Source: an uncultured bacterium
GTDB lineage: Bacteria; Krumholzibacteriota; Krumholzibacteriia; Krumholzibacteriales; Krumholzibacteriaceae
Direction: 5' to 3'
Assembly: GCA_963786935.1 (NCBI GenBank)
Contig: CAWBAN010000001.1
Span: forward strand, 384,001 to 448,000
DNA length: 64,000 nt
A program made the position numbers and the translations under genes. This document shows positions 9,401-20,687 of the stretch, piece after piece; the stretch's first letter is position 1; each line of letters starts with the position of its first letter. The notes beneath the pieces were generated by a model, which was given only the letters and a program-made list of their open reading frames with translations, made no database searches and was not told where the DNA came from.

Positions 9401-10789
9401 ATGGCCGGCTCGAAATCAAAGGGGAAGGCGGATATCGCCCCGACGAAGGTGCACGAATCGCTCGCCAAGCATATGCTCGTGGACGGTTTCCCCTTCGTGC
9501 TCGACATGGACAAGAGCCACGGCTCATTCATGGTCGACAAGGCGACGGGAAAGGAATACCTCGATTTCTTCACGTTCTTCGCGTCGAATGCGCTCGGGCA
9601 TAACCATCCGGGCCTCCATGAGCCGGGATTTCACAAGCGAATCGGCGAGATGGCGATCACGAAGCCGTCGAACTCCGATCTCTACACGGTCGAAATGGCA
9701 GAGTTCGTCGATACCTTCGCCCGCATCGCGGTGCCCGAGAACCTTCCTCATCTCTTCTTCATCGACGGGGGAGCGCTCGCCGTCGAGAACGCCCTCAAGG
9801 CGGCGTTCGACTGGAAGGTGCGCAAGAACTTCGCGCGGGGCTACAAGGAGGAGCGGGGACATCAGGTCATCCACTTTTGCGAGGCGTTCCACGGGCGCAC
9901 CGGCTACACGATGTCCCTCACCAACACCGATCCGACGAAGGTGAACTACTACCCGAAGTTCGACTGGCCGCGCATCGAGAACCCGAAGATCGTCTTCCCG
10001 CTCGAGAAGAACCTCGACGCGGTCGTCGCCGCCGAGAGGCGCGCGATCGCCTCGATCGAGAAGGCCATTCTCGACAACAAGGACGACATCGCGGCGATCA
10101 TACTGGAGCCGATTCAGGGGGAGGGCGGGGACAACCATTTCCGGCCCGAGTTTCTCCGGGAGCTGCGCCGGATCGCCGACGAGAACGAGATCATTCTCGT
10201 GCTCGACGAGGTGCAGACCGGCCTCGGCATGACGGGCAAAATGTGGTGTTTCGAGCATTTCGGCATGACGCCCGACATCGTGGCCTTCGGCAAGAAAACG
10301 CAGGTGTGCGGAATCATGGCGAGCGATCGCCTCAACGAGGTCGAGAGCGTGTTCAAGGTGCCGAGCCGCATCAACTCGACCTGGGGCGGAAACCTCGTCG
10401 ACATGTATCGGGCGAAGAGGATCCTCGAGATCATCGAGGAGGAGAATCTCGTCGAGAACGCGGCGAAGATGGGCGAGGCCCTGCTCGCGGGGCTCCGGGA
10501 TCTCGAATCGCGCTTCCCGAAGCTCATCTCGAACGCCCGCGGGAGAGGCCTCTTCTGCGCGTTCGATCTCGCCGACGTCGCGTGCCGGGACACGCTCGTC
10601 ACCTCGTGCGTCAAGCAGGGGCTCCTCATTCTCAAGTGCGGCGTGAAGACGATCCGGTTCCGGCCGCCGCTCAACGTGCGGAAGGCCGAGATCGACAAGG
10701 CGATCGGCATCATGGCGGAGGTCGTCAAGGAGTACAAGGGGAAGACGACCTGCTCCGGGGACACGTCGCGAACGGTGGAGACGGAATAG
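9401..10789 (+). CDS. lat: L-lysine 6-transaminase (class III PLP aminotransferase)
   Basis: KPSNSDLYT, GALAVENALKAAFDWK, AFHGRTGYT, EPIQGEGGD, DEVQTG, FGKKTQV, SRINSTWGG. Confidence 0.9.
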   Translation: MAGSKSKGKADIAPTKVHESLAKHMLVDGFPFVLDMDKSHGSFMVDKATGKEYLDFFTFFASNALGHNHPGLHEPGFHKRIGEMAITKPSNSDLYTVEMAEFVDTFARIAVPENLPHLFFIDGGALAVENALKAAFDWKVRKNFARGYKEERGHQVIHFCEAFHGRTGYTMSLTNTDPTKVNYYPKFDWPRIENPKIVFPLEKNLDAVVAAERRAIASIEKAILDNKDDIAAIILEPIQGEGGDNHFRPEFLRELRRIADENEIILVLDEVQTGLGMTGKMWCFEHFGMTPDIVAFGKKTQVCGIMASDRLNEVESVFKVPSRINSTWGGNLVDMYRAKRILEIIEEENLVENAAKMGEALLAGLRDLESRFPKLISNARGRGLFCAFDLADVACRDTLVTSCVKQGLLILKCGVKTIRFRPPLNVRKAEIDKAIGIMAEVVKEYKGKTTCSGDTSRTVETE

Positions 10790-10794
10790 GGGGA

Positions 10795-11073
10795 TTACTT
10801 CGTATCCTTGCGCTTCTTCGAATCGTTATCTTTCGGAGAGGGGGCGGTCGACACCGCCTCCTCTTTTTCTTTCTTTTCTCTCGCGCTGAAGTCCTTGCTC
10901 CGGTAATCGGTGCGGTAGAAGCCGCTCCCCTTGAGGATGTGAGCGACCGCCTGGATCACGCGGTACACGTTGCCGCGGCACTTCGGGCAGCGCTTCCGCG
11001 GCGGGGCGGTGATCCGTTGCTCGTAGTCGAACTCGTACCCGCATTTTTCGCATGAATACCGGTAGGTGACCAT
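10795..11073 (-). CDS. FmdB-family zinc-ribbon protein
   Basis: M.TY.Y.CEKCG...CPKC.G...FYRTDY motif. Confidence 0.88.
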   Translation of the reverse strand: MVTYRYSCEKCGYEFDYEQRITAPPRKRCPKCRGNVYRVIQAVAHILKGSGFYRTDYRSKDFSAREKKEKEEAVSTAPSPKDNDSKKRKDTK

Positions 11074-11236
11074 CGTAGATCCTTTCGAACGCATCCGTGC
11101 AGGGTCGCTCACGGAAACGTAGGCGAGCGGGAGGCAAAAATCAAGCGAAAGGTGCCTTGCCCCCGGGGCTTCCCGCCGGGTACAATATAGCAATACGGTC
11201 GTCGCGGGGCGCGGCGGCCGGACACGGGAGGCATTC

Positions 11237-13540
11237 ATGAAGCTGCGCGTCGCGCTCATGATCGCGGCCGTCGCCGCGGCTGCCGCGGGAGAGGTCCTGG
11301 CGCAGGCTCCGTCGGCGGTTATCCGCACGAGGCTCACGAAAGAGATCTCCCAGAAAGCGCTCGTCGAGCGGGGCGTCGACATTCTGCACGTCTATCGCGA
11401 CGGGCGCGCGGATCTCGCCGTGACCGACGAACAGCTCGCCTGGATACAATCGAAGGGGGTCCTGGTCGCCGTGCTCGAGCGGGACGTTCTCGCCGCTCCC
11501 GCCGCGCTCGACGAGAATCTCGGCCAGTACCACACCTACGCGGAGATGGAGGCGGAGCTCGCCTCCCTGGCCGCGTCCTACCCCTCGATCGCGCGCATCG
11601 ATACGATGGGAACGTCCGTCGAGGGGCGCGCGATCCGGGCGCTCAAGATATCGGACGGGGTCTCGATAGACGAGGACGAGCCCGAGGTGCTTATCATGGG
11701 CTGCCATCACGCGCGCGAGCTCATGTCCGTCGAGGTGCCGCTCAAGCTCGCCCGATATCTCCTCGATCACTATGCGACCGACCCGCGCGTCGCGGGGCTC
11801 GTCGATTCCCGGGAGATCTGGATCGCGCCGATGATCAACGTCGACGGGCACGTCTACGTCGAGCAGAACCACGCCGGTTCCTCATCGACGTGGTGGCGCA
11901 AGAACCGCGTGCACAATCTCGACGGCAGCTACGGCGTCGATCTCAACCGGAACTACGGCTACCAGTGGGGCTACGACGACATCGGGAGCTCGCCGACTCC
12001 CTCCTCGGCGCTCTTCCGCGGGACGGCCCCCTTCAGCGAGAGCGAAACGCGCGTGGTTCGCGATCTCTGCGCGGGGAGGGAGTTCGCGATGAGCCTCTCG
12101 TACCACTCCTACGGAGAGCTCATCCTCTATCCGTGGGGATACGCGGCGATCAACACGATCGACAACGGGCTCTTCGCCGCGCTCGGGGATTCATTGAGCC
12201 GGGACAACGGCTATACCGCCGGAAACGCCGCCTCCGGAGCGATCTACATCACGAACGGCGACAGCGACGACTGGCTCTACGGCGACGCGGCGTTCAAGGC
12301 GCCCGTCTACGCCTTCACCGTCGAGCTCAACAGCTACGAGGAGGGGGGATTCGCCCCGCCGGAGAGCCTCATCCAGCCGACCTTCGACGCGATGCTCGAG
12401 CTGAATCTGCGCTTCCTCGATCTCGCCGGGAATCCCGCTCGTCTGCTCGGCCCCCAGCCTCCCGCGATGAACGAAATCGCGATGCTCAATCCGCCGAGCT
12501 ACGAGATCAGCTGGTCCGGCCCCTCCGGGGAGGATCCGAACCCGGCCGTATCGTACAATCTCGTCGAGATCAAGAATCTCGCCGGCGCTCTCGATTCCGT
12601 GGAGGCGGGGAACGCCCTCTGGGAGCTCGACGGGTTCGTCATCTCGACCGCGCGCTCGTTCGTCGGCTTCTCGAGCTTCTACTCGGGACGGGGGGACAAT
12701 CTGGTTCGCTCCGCGAGCATGAAGCACGTCTATCCGATGTGGTTCCCGCCGACGCTCGAGTGCCGTCTCTGGTACGACATCGAGCAGGACTGGGATTACG
12801 CGTACCTCGAGGGGAGCGTCGACGGGGGAGCGACGTGGCTCACGATTCCGGGCAACCGGACGACCGACTCGAATCCCTACGGGAACAATCGCGGAAACGG
12901 CATCACCGGCAGCTCCGGCGGGTGGGTCACCGCGACGTTCGACATGCGGAGCCTCATCGTATGCGAGACGGGGGGCCTGCTCCTGCGGTTCCTCTATTCG
13001 ACCGACGCCTCCGTGAACAAGGAGGGAATATTCGTCGACGCGGTGGATCAGACGATCAAGGTCGAGCGGGAATCGACGATCGCCTCGAACCTCGCGACGA
13101 CCTGGTATCACCGCTGGCCCGAAGAGACGGGGAGCTTCATCTATCACGTGCGCGCCTTCGACGCCGATGGGCACGCGAGCAGGATGAGCAATCTCGCCGC
13201 GGCCGAGGTGAACGACCTGACGGGCGCCGCGCCCCCGGCGCTCGCGTCGGGGCTCGAGCAGAACTATCCCAATCCCTTCAATCCGGCGACGACGATCCGG
13301 TTCACCGTCGGTCCGCGCGAGGCGCCGGCGGGCCGGACGGCGGAGGTGAATCTGAGGCTCTACGACGTTTCCGGCAGAACGGTCGCCGTTCTCGAGGACG
13401 ACAAGCTCTCCTCGGGGGGATACGCCGCGGCGTGGAACGGTCTCGGGAAATCGGGCGAGCCTCTCGCGAGCGGCATATACTTTGCAGAGTTGCGGGTCGG
13501 TGACCGGGTGTTCGTCCGGAAGATGGTGCTGCTGAGGTAG
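11237..13540 (+). CDS. Secreted M14 zinc carboxypeptidase (carboxypeptidase T-like) with beta-sandwich domain and C-terminal secretion/FlgD-Ig-like domain
   Basis: HHARE, RKNR, VDLNRN, YHSY, FTVEL catalytic motifs; C-terminal QNYPNPFNP.T.I.F...SGIYF...KMVLLR. Confidence 0.88.
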   Translation: MKLRVALMIAAVAAAAAGEVLAQAPSAVIRTRLTKEISQKALVERGVDILHVYRDGRADLAVTDEQLAWIQSKGVLVAVLERDVLAAPAALDENLGQYHTYAEMEAELASLAASYPSIARIDTMGTSVEGRAIRALKISDGVSIDEDEPEVLIMGCHHARELMSVEVPLKLARYLLDHYATDPRVAGLVDSREIWIAPMINVDGHVYVEQNHAGSSSTWWRKNRVHNLDGSYGVDLNRNYGYQWGYDDIGSSPTPSSALFRGTAPFSESETRVVRDLCAGREFAMSLSYHSYGELILYPWGYAAINTIDNGLFAALGDSLSRDNGYTAGNAASGAIYITNGDSDDWLYGDAAFKAPVYAFTVELNSYEEGGFAPPESLIQPTFDAMLELNLRFLDLAGNPARLLGPQPPAMNEIAMLNPPSYEISWSGPSGEDPNPAVSYNLVEIKNLAGALDSVEAGNALWELDGFVISTARSFVGFSSFYSGRGDNLVRSASMKHVYPMWFPPTLECRLWYDIEQDWDYAYLEGSVDGGATWLTIPGNRTTDSNPYGNNRGNGITGSSGGWVTATFDMRSLIVCETGGLLLRFLYSTDASVNKEGIFVDAVDQTIKVERESTIASNLATTWYHRWPEETGSFIYHVRAFDADGHASRMSNLAAAEVNDLTGAAPPALASGLEQNYPNPFNPATTIRFTVGPREAPAGRTAEVNLRLYDVSGRTVAVLEDDKLSSGGYAAAWNGLGKSGEPLASGIYFAELRVGDRVFVRKMVLLR

Positions 13541-13551
13541 CCGGTGTCCGC

Positions 13552-14280
13552 ATGGTGCTGTCGATCATCATACCTGTTTACAACGAGGAGAGCACGATCG
13601 CGCTCGTCCTGCGCAAGCTCCTCGCGATGACGTTCCCGTTCGGCGTCGAGATCATCGTCGTCGACGACGGATCGACCGACCGGACGCGGGAATTCATCGC
13701 GGAGGTCAATCGGGACAACGTCCTCAAGGTCCACACCTCCCTCATCAACCTCGGCAAGGGAGCCGCCGTTCGGTTCGGGTTCGAGTACGTGAACGGCGAT
13801 TACGTGATCATCCAGGACGCCGATCTGGAGCTCGATCCCGAGGATATCATCAAGCTGCTGCAGCCGATCATCGACGGGAAGACGGACGTCGTGTACGGCT
13901 CGCGTTTCAAGTCCCGCTCCACGCGCAGGATCGCGGTGCCCTGGTACACGATCCTCGCGAACAAGATCCTCGCCGGCTACACGAATCTCCTCTACGGGAG
14001 CTCCCTGACGGATATGGCGACGTCCTACAAGCTCGTGCGGACGAGCATCGTCCGGAACCTGAACATGCGATGCGTCGGTTTCGAGTTCGATCCGGAGCTC
14101 ACGGGGAAGATCCTCCGGCTCGGATACCGGATCGTCGAGGTGCCCATCAGCTACGAGCCCCGCACCACCGAGCAGGGCAAGAAGATCACGTGGTGGGACG
14201 GCTTCAGGTTCATGTACTATCTCACGAAGTTCCGCGTCCAGCGCGCGGATTCGTTCGTGCGCACAACGAAACGGCCATGA
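13552..14280 (+). CDS. GT2 glycosyltransferase, polyprenol-phosphate glycosyltransferase-like
   Basis: IIPVYNEE, VDDGSTD, NLGKGAA, IQDADLE.DP, EVPISYEPR..GKKI. Confidence 0.92.
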   Translation: MVLSIIIPVYNEESTIALVLRKLLAMTFPFGVEIIVVDDGSTDRTREFIAEVNRDNVLKVHTSLINLGKGAAVRFGFEYVNGDYVIIQDADLELDPEDIIKLLQPIIDGKTDVVYGSRFKSRSTRRIAVPWYTILANKILAGYTNLLYGSSLTDMATSYKLVRTSIVRNLNMRCVGFEFDPELTGKILRLGYRIVEVPISYEPRTTEQGKKITWWDGFRFMYYLTKFRVQRADSFVRTTKRP

Positions 14281-15266
14281 AGAACTGGAAGACGGCGGTC
14301 GGCGTCGCGGTGAGCGCTCTGTTTCTCTACCTCGCGTTTCGGTCGGTGCGTCTCGATGAGCTCGCGCGGGCGTTCAGGACCGCCGACTACCGCCTCCTCG
14401 CGCCCGCGATGGCGCTCGTGCTCGTGAGCCTGGCGTTCCGGGCGCTCCGGTGGCGGTACCTGCTTTCCCCCGTCAAGAGCATCGGGATTCCGAGCCTCTA
14501 CTACGCGATCGGGATCGGCGCGATGGTGAACATCGCCCTGCCGGCGAGGCTCGGTGAGCTCGTCCGGGCGCACGCGATCGGGAAGAAGGAGGGGATCAGC
14601 AGGAGCGCCGCCTTCGCGACGATCATTCTCGACCGGGTGTTCGACGGCCTCGCGCTGCTCTTCTTTCTCGCGATCGTGGCCCTGTTCGGCTCGAAGTATT
14701 TTCAGGGATGGCTCGCGCGCGCCGGCTATTTCGCGGTGGGGGGCAGCCTCCTCGCGTTCGCCGCTCTCCTGCTCCTCAAGACCCATACGCGCGTCGCCGT
14801 GCGGTGGGCGGAGGCGGCGCTGAAGCCGTTTCCCGCGGCCGCGCGGACGAAGCTCCTCGCCGTCCTGCATTCGTTCGTCGAGGGGCTCGGCATATTCCGC
14901 AGCGCCCGGAGTCTGATCGCCGCGTTCGTCCTCTCTCCGCTCGTGTGGCTTCCGAACGTGGCGATGATCTCGATCCTCCTGGCGTCGGCGGGGATCCATT
15001 GCTCCGTGCTCGTTTCGACGCTGCTCCTCGTCGCCCTCTGCGTCGGCGTCGCGCTCCCGTCCGCGCCCGGCTTCGTCGGGAACGTGCAGTTCGTGTGCGT
15101 GGCGATCCTGAAGCTCTTCGGGGTGGAGACGGAGCAGGCCCTCATGTTCTCGCTGATCTACAACGCATGCATCTTCGTCGCCGTCCTCGGCAACGGTCTC
15201 GTGTGCGTGTTCGCAGAAGGCTTGTCATTCGGCGAGATCGGCGGTATCATCGGCCTGAAGAAATGA
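14277..15266 (+). CDS. Lysylphosphatidylglycerol-synthase TM-domain / flippase-like membrane protein
   Basis: RALRWRYLL, N..LPARLGELVR, DRVFD, LPSAPG..G motifs. Confidence 0.88.
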   Translation: MKNWKTAVGVAVSALFLYLAFRSVRLDELARAFRTADYRLLAPAMALVLVSLAFRALRWRYLLSPVKSIGIPSLYYAIGIGAMVNIALPARLGELVRAHAIGKKEGISRSAAFATIILDRVFDGLALLFFLAIVALFGSKYFQGWLARAGYFAVGGSLLAFAALLLLKTHTRVAVRWAEAALKPFPAAARTKLLAVLHSFVEGLGIFRSARSLIAAFVLSPLVWLPNVAMISILLASAGIHCSVLVSTLLLVALCVGVALPSAPGFVGNVQFVCVAILKLFGVETEQALMFSLIYNACIFVAVLGNGLVCVFAEGLSFGEIGGIIGLKK

Positions 15267-15312
15267 ACGGATCGCCGGCGTCCCGGTTCGCCGGCGCCGC
15301 GCGGAGGAAGCA

Positions 15313-16035
15313 ATGACGGTGATGACGATGGCTGAACCGACGCAGAAAACGGCGGTGCACACGATCAGCGTGATCGTTCCCGTGTTCAACGAGGCCGACA
15401 CGATACGTGCGCTCCTCAAGAGCCTCCGCGAGGCTCCGTTCCGCAAGGAGATCATCGTCGTCGACGACCGCTCGACCGACGGCACGGGGGAGATCCTCGC
15501 CGGCGAGCGCGACATCGTTCTCGCGCGGCACGACCGGAACCGGGGCAAGGGCGCGGCGATCCGGACCGGGCTGGCGCGCGCGACCGGCGATATCATCATC
15601 ATCCAGGACGCCGATCTCGAATACGATCCGAAGGAGATTCCGAGGGTCGTCGCCCCCATCGTCGAAGGAGCCGCGGACATATCCTACGGGAGCCGTTTCA
15701 CCCGCGGGCTGCCGAAGGACATGCCCGCCGCGAACAAGATCGCGAACCTGATCCTCGCGTGGACGGTGCGCTTCCTCTTCCGCTATCCCCTGACCGACGA
15801 GGCGACCTGCTACAAGGCGTTTCGCGCCTCCGTCCTCAAATCGATGCCGCTCCGGTGCGAGCGGTTCGAGTTCTGCCCCGAGGTCACCGCGAAGGCGCTC
15901 CGGGCGGGGTACCGGATCGTCGAGACGGAGCTCGTCAACTACCGGCCCCGGACGAACCGGACGGGGAAGAAGATTCGCTGGACGGACGGGGTGGAGGCGG
16001 TGTTCACGCTCGTCCGGTACCGTTTCTCGCGGTGA
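15313..16035 (+). CDS. Second GT2 glycosyltransferase, polyprenol-phosphate glycosyltransferase-like
   Basis: VPVFNE, VDDRSTDGT, NRGKGAA, IQDADLEYDP, TDEATCYK, FEFCPEVTAK. Confidence 0.92.
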   Translation: MTVMTMAEPTQKTAVHTISVIVPVFNEADTIRALLKSLREAPFRKEIIVVDDRSTDGTGEILAGERDIVLARHDRNRGKGAAIRTGLARATGDIIIIQDADLEYDPKEIPRVVAPIVEGAADISYGSRFTRGLPKDMPAANKIANLILAWTVRFLFRYPLTDEATCYKAFRASVLKSMPLRCERFEFCPEVTAKALRAGYRIVETELVNYRPRTNRTGKKIRWTDGVEAVFTLVRYRFSR

Positions 16036-17416
16036 CGCCCGACCGGATGACGTTCCGCGTCGCGGCGATCATCCCGAAAAAGATCCACACGGCATACATG
16101 TAGATGTTGTTCCGCAGGTAATCGATCTTCACCTGGTCGATGATGAAGATGACGAGCGAGACGTTGAGCACCTTCATGAGCGCCTCGGGAAACGGAGAAT
16201 ATACGAGCGAGGCGCGGTATCCGGTGAGCGACGCCCTGAAGAGGCGCACGAGCAGGAAGAGAAACGCGAAGAGCCCGAAGAATCCCGTGATGTTGAAATA
16301 GTACAGGTACGCGTTGTGCGGCCAGAGCTCCGCCTCGATCCCCTTCCCGAACTCCCAGCCGGGCCCGTGCCCGATGAACGGGTGCTCGAAGCCCCGTGTG
16401 ATCGCTCCGCCCCACGCGAGCGCCCGGGTTTCGGGCACGATGCCGCTCTCGAAGGTCGTCTTCATCATTCTGCCGAAGAGCGAGCCCGATATCGTGTAGC
16501 GGGCGACGAAGGTGTCGATGACGAACACGAGCGCGACGAAGGCGCTCCCGATCATCATGAGGCGCACGATGTTGAGATCGCGGCGGCAGACGTAGCCCAT
16601 GTAGAGAATCCCGGCGGCGAGGCTGATGAACGCGCCGCGCGTCACCGTCGAGAAGAGGAGGGCGATATCGGCGACGAGGAGGAAGACGAAGAGCATCCGC
16701 ATGAGGAGCCGCCGCGCGCGAACGGCGAGGAAGAAGATGATCGGCGCGCTCATGGCGAAGTACTCGGCGGTGAGCTCGAAGTCGTGGAAGGGCCCCTGCA
16801 TTCTCACGTCCTTCATGACGAGCTGGCGCTTGTGCTCCGTGTAGAGCCAGCCGGGAATGAGCGTACGTCCCGGAAACATCATCTCGAGCACGGTAAAGAG
16901 CATGACGAGCGCGCAGGTGATCATCGATATCCTCACGGTCGTGTGCAGCTTCCGCTCGTCGGTGACGAAGTTGATGATCATGTAGAAGAGCAGGATCGAC
17001 GCGATGAAATTCAACGTGTGCTGGAGCCCGAAGCGCAGGCTCTCGGGGGTCGTCTCGAAGTTGTAGAACGAGACCGTGTACGACATCAGCATGATCACGA
17101 TGGGAAGGTTGAACTGCCGGTCGAACCGGAGCGCGCTCAATCTCGCCGAGACCCTGATCATGTAGACGATGAAGATGATGAAGATGAAGATCATCGTCGA
17201 ATGGCCGAGGGAGATGCCGAACGGGAAGGGATAGATGATCAGGAGCATCCAGAGCGCGCTCAGCGTCGAGAAGTTCCAGACGAGATAGACGAGGAGGAAC
17301 GCGCCGATCGACTCGATCACGCGTTTCGCCGGCTGCGCGATCTGGACGCCGATGATCGCCCCGGACGCCGCGACGAACGCGATGATGCCGATCTTCAGGG
17401 AACGCTTCGAGCTCAT
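16004..17416 (-). CDS. O-antigen ligase/polymerase (WaaL/Wzy_C) family membrane protein
   Basis: Polytopic; STVTRGA, R...W, HPFIGHGPG, PHNAYL motifs. Confidence 0.85.
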   Translation of the reverse strand: MSSKRSLKIGIIAFVAASGAIIGVQIAQPAKRVIESIGAFLLVYLVWNFSTLSALWMLLIIYPFPFGISLGHSTMIFIFIIFIVYMIRVSARLSALRFDRQFNLPIVIMLMSYTVSFYNFETTPESLRFGLQHTLNFIASILLFYMIINFVTDERKLHTTVRISMITCALVMLFTVLEMMFPGRTLIPGWLYTEHKRQLVMKDVRMQGPFHDFELTAEYFAMSAPIIFFLAVRARRLLMRMLFVFLLVADIALLFSTVTRGAFISLAAGILYMGYVCRRDLNIVRLMMIGSAFVALVFVIDTFVARYTISGSLFGRMMKTTFESGIVPETRALAWGGAITRGFEHPFIGHGPGWEFGKGIEAELWPHNAYLYYFNITGFFGLFAFLFLLVRLFRASLTGYRASLVYSPFPEALMKVLNVSLVIFIIDQVKIDYLRNNIYMYAVWIFFGMIAATRNVIRSGVTARNGTGRA

Positions 17417-18584
17417 ACGAGATAGATCTCCCGCTGGGGATGAGAGAGGAACTCGCCCCCGTCCGAACGGACGACGATGATCTCCTCCATCGTCGCGACG
17501 CCGTAATCGGGAATCACGATGCGCGGCTCGAGGGTGTAGACCTGCCCTTCCTCGATCTTGAGATGGGGGAGATTTCCGTACCGCTCCCATTCGGGGCAGA
17601 GGAGGCCCGCGCCGTCATGGGCGTGCCGCCCGACCTGATGGCCGAGCGCGTGCGGAAACTCGGGATATCCGTGGTCCGTGATGTACGTGCGCGCGAGCGT
17701 GTCGATCGATCCGCCTTCCATACCGGGCCGTATGCGAGAGGCGGCGAGCGCGATCGAATCGCGGATCGTCTCGAAGGGGCCCATCACCGCCGCCGGCGCC
17801 TTCGTTTCCCCCGGCCTGAGGAAGTACCACGTCCGCTGCAGGTCGGAGACATACTGCTCGACCTTCACGCCGAAGTCGATGTTGAGGACGTGCCCGGGCT
17901 CGATCGCGCGGTCCGTCGGTCCCGCGTGGGCCCCCGCCGACTCGGGGCCCGTGAAGACGGACGGACAGAGCTCCCGCTCCCACGCGGTCCCGACGCCGAG
18001 GCGGTCGACCTCGGCGAGCATGAAGGCGGCGATCTCCTTCTCGGTGAGCCCCGGCCGCATGATGCGGGAGACCTTCGCGAAGATGTCCTCGGCGAGCTCG
18101 ACCGCGGCGCGGATGCGGCGGATCTCCTCGGGGCTCTTGCGGCCGCGGAGCTTCGAGACGACGTTCTCCGAGCTGACGAGCCGGTCCGCGAAGGGCGTCC
18201 CCTCGAGATACCGCCGGAGGATCAGGTACATCCCGTGGCTGAGGCCGTCCGCGAGGACGGCGTTCTCTGAGTAGTTGATCGCGATCGTGCGGGGGAGAGC
18301 CGCTTCAGCTGCTCGAGGAGCGGCTCCTTGATCGATTTCGTGTAGCCGATGACGTCGTACCCGCCGGTTTCGCGGATCCTCGTCTCGTCGAGGCTTCCGA
18401 CGATCGCGACCGCCCTGCCCGAGACGGGAATCATGAAGGCCGAGTGCCACGTGCAGTTCGCCCCGAGAATCATGTCGAGCGACGGATCGCCCGTCACTTC
18501 GCTCTCCCGCACGAAGGTGAGCCAGAGATCGATGCCCTCTTCGGCGAGAACTCCATGTGCCTGCTCGATCTTTTCCTTGATCAT
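17413..18584 (-). CDS. Xaa-Pro aminopeptidase (M24B); one apparent frameshift near 18291-18295
   Basis: N-terminal ORF 18222-18584 joins the frame with RKSPEEI, IDFGV, SDLQRT, HALGHQVG..HD, TLEP, MEE metal ligands. Confidence 0.85.
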
Positions 18585-18614
18585 GGCTGATGGATTCCTT
18601 CCTTGAAACGGCCG

Positions 18615-20687
18615 TTACGTTCCCCGGACGTAGTACACGAGCCCCGCGGGGTTTTGAAAGACGAGCGTGAACCAATCGGGACGGGAGTCGAGCGCCGCGC
18701 GCGCATGGGGGATCCGGGCGAGATCCTCCTGCCAGAGCGTGACGTAGATCGGGCTGTCGAGCCCGACGAGCACCTCGATGTCCTCCGGCGAGGGGAGAAC
18801 GCCCTCGAGGAACTTGCTCTGTATCGCCCCGTACTGCTTGATCTTCTTGCTGTCGTAGCCGAACACGTTGATCGTGAGCACGTCGGGATAGAAATCGCGC
18901 CGGTGCGCGAATACGGGATTCAAATCGCTCAAGCTGCTTCCGATGAGCACCGAGCTCTGCGGCGTGTTGCCCGCGATCCACTCATAGATGCGGCGCTCGT
19001 CGGGAGTGACGTTGTATCGCCGTTCCTCGACGCGGGCCTTGGGCTTGTCGAGAATGAAGCCCCGATACGTGAGCACGGGCGGCACGGCGAAGAGGAGCGC
19101 CGTCCAGGCGATGAGGAGCGTCCGGTCGGCGTCCCTTCGATTCCTCGATTCCATCCAGTATCTTCCACACGATCGGCGGGAAGAGGATGAAGAACAGCGG
19201 GAAGATGAATTTCGATTCGTTCCGTGCCGCGAGATTGATGAAGAGGTTGCACGCGAGCAGCGGAACGATCCATGCGGCGAGGAGCGTGAGGGCCTCGGTC
19301 TTCAGGGAGAATATCTCGCGCAGCGCCTTTCGCGCGGGGACGAAGAGGATCGCGAGCGGCAGGGCGATGGTGAGGAGGTTCCCGAGGCCGAAATGGATCA
19401 GGGACGGAGGGCGGCTCCCCGGATCGCTCCCCGCCGTCAGGGAGAGCATGTAGGGGAACGCGGCCGCGCCCGCGAGGATCGCGGCGAGCGGCAGCGCGAA
19501 CGTGTGAAAGACGGGAACGGGTCCGCCGCGCCGCAGGAGCCCGCGCAGCGCGAGGAGCGCGCCGGAACCGACGACGGCCGCGGCGAGCGCCATGCCGCCG
19601 ACGACGTGAAAGAGGATCGCCCCGAATACGATCGTGAACATGGCGACGAACGCCTTGGGCGCGAACCGCCTTCCGAATCCGACCGAGAGCGTCACGATGA
19701 GGGCGAGGAGCGTGAGGTTGAGGACGAAGGCGAAGGCCGTGATCGTGATGAATTTGTCGACGACGTTGATCATCCAGTTGCCGGCCGGCGACATCTTCTC
19801 GAAGGGGCTCAGGAAGTAGATCACGTGATGGCTGTTCAGATCGATATCTTTGAGCAGGCGCATCAGCTCGCCCCAGCCCCGGTTTTCGCCGGTGAACGCC
19901 CTGATGAGACCGAGTGGCCAGAGAATCCACGCCGCGGAGGCGAGACCCGAGATCGCGAAGATCGGGGTGGCGACGAGGTCCCGCCGCCTCGTCGTGAAGA
20001 AGGCGGTGAGACGGAAGACGAGGTACGGGAACACGAGCGCGTTCATGATGTTGAAGAGCGCGAGCCCCGGGAAGACGGCGGTTCCCGGCGCGACGTCGTA
20101 TCCCATCAGAATCCTGGCCGAGGCGATGAACAGGTGATAGATCCACATGTACCGGATCGGCACGTCGGGGAGGAGCGGCTCTTTCGGCGGGAAGCCGCGG
20201 TCGAAGATCTCGTTCACGATCGATGCGTGGTACCAGGCGTCCGATCGCATCAGGAGAAACCGGTTGATGAGGTACGACAGGAGCACGGCGGCGGCGAAGA
20301 GCGCGCACGTGACGGCGATCGCGCGCGCGGGCAGCGGCTTCGCGGGCCGGCCTCCGCGCAGCTCCCGTATCAGACCGATGGCGAGGAGCCCGATCGAGCA
20401 TCAGCGTCGAGGCCCGGACGGCGCCCGCGAGGGGGATTCCAACCGCGTGAAAGGCGATCACGAGCAGGGTGAGAATGATCGGCGAGAAGAGTATCGGAAA
20501 GAAGATGTCGTCGAGCGCCGGCCGGTCGCGCTCTCCGATAAATATCAAGAACACGAAGCCGGGAAGCGAGTAGGCGAGGAGCGCTCCGGCGGCGAACCGC
20601 ACCGGCTCGGGCACCGCGACGAACGAGCGTGGCGGCGCTCAGGAAGAGAAGAGCGAACAGCGCTCCCTTGTGGATCGGCAACTTCAT
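18615..20687 (-). CDS. Large polytopic membrane protein, GT-C-like; reconstructed across about three frameshifts (~20625, ~20395, ~19135)
   Basis: Consecutive hydrophobic ORF fragments starting MKLPIHKGALF; SDAWYH loop motif; soluble C-terminus; resembles 28033-30576. Confidence 0.6.
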
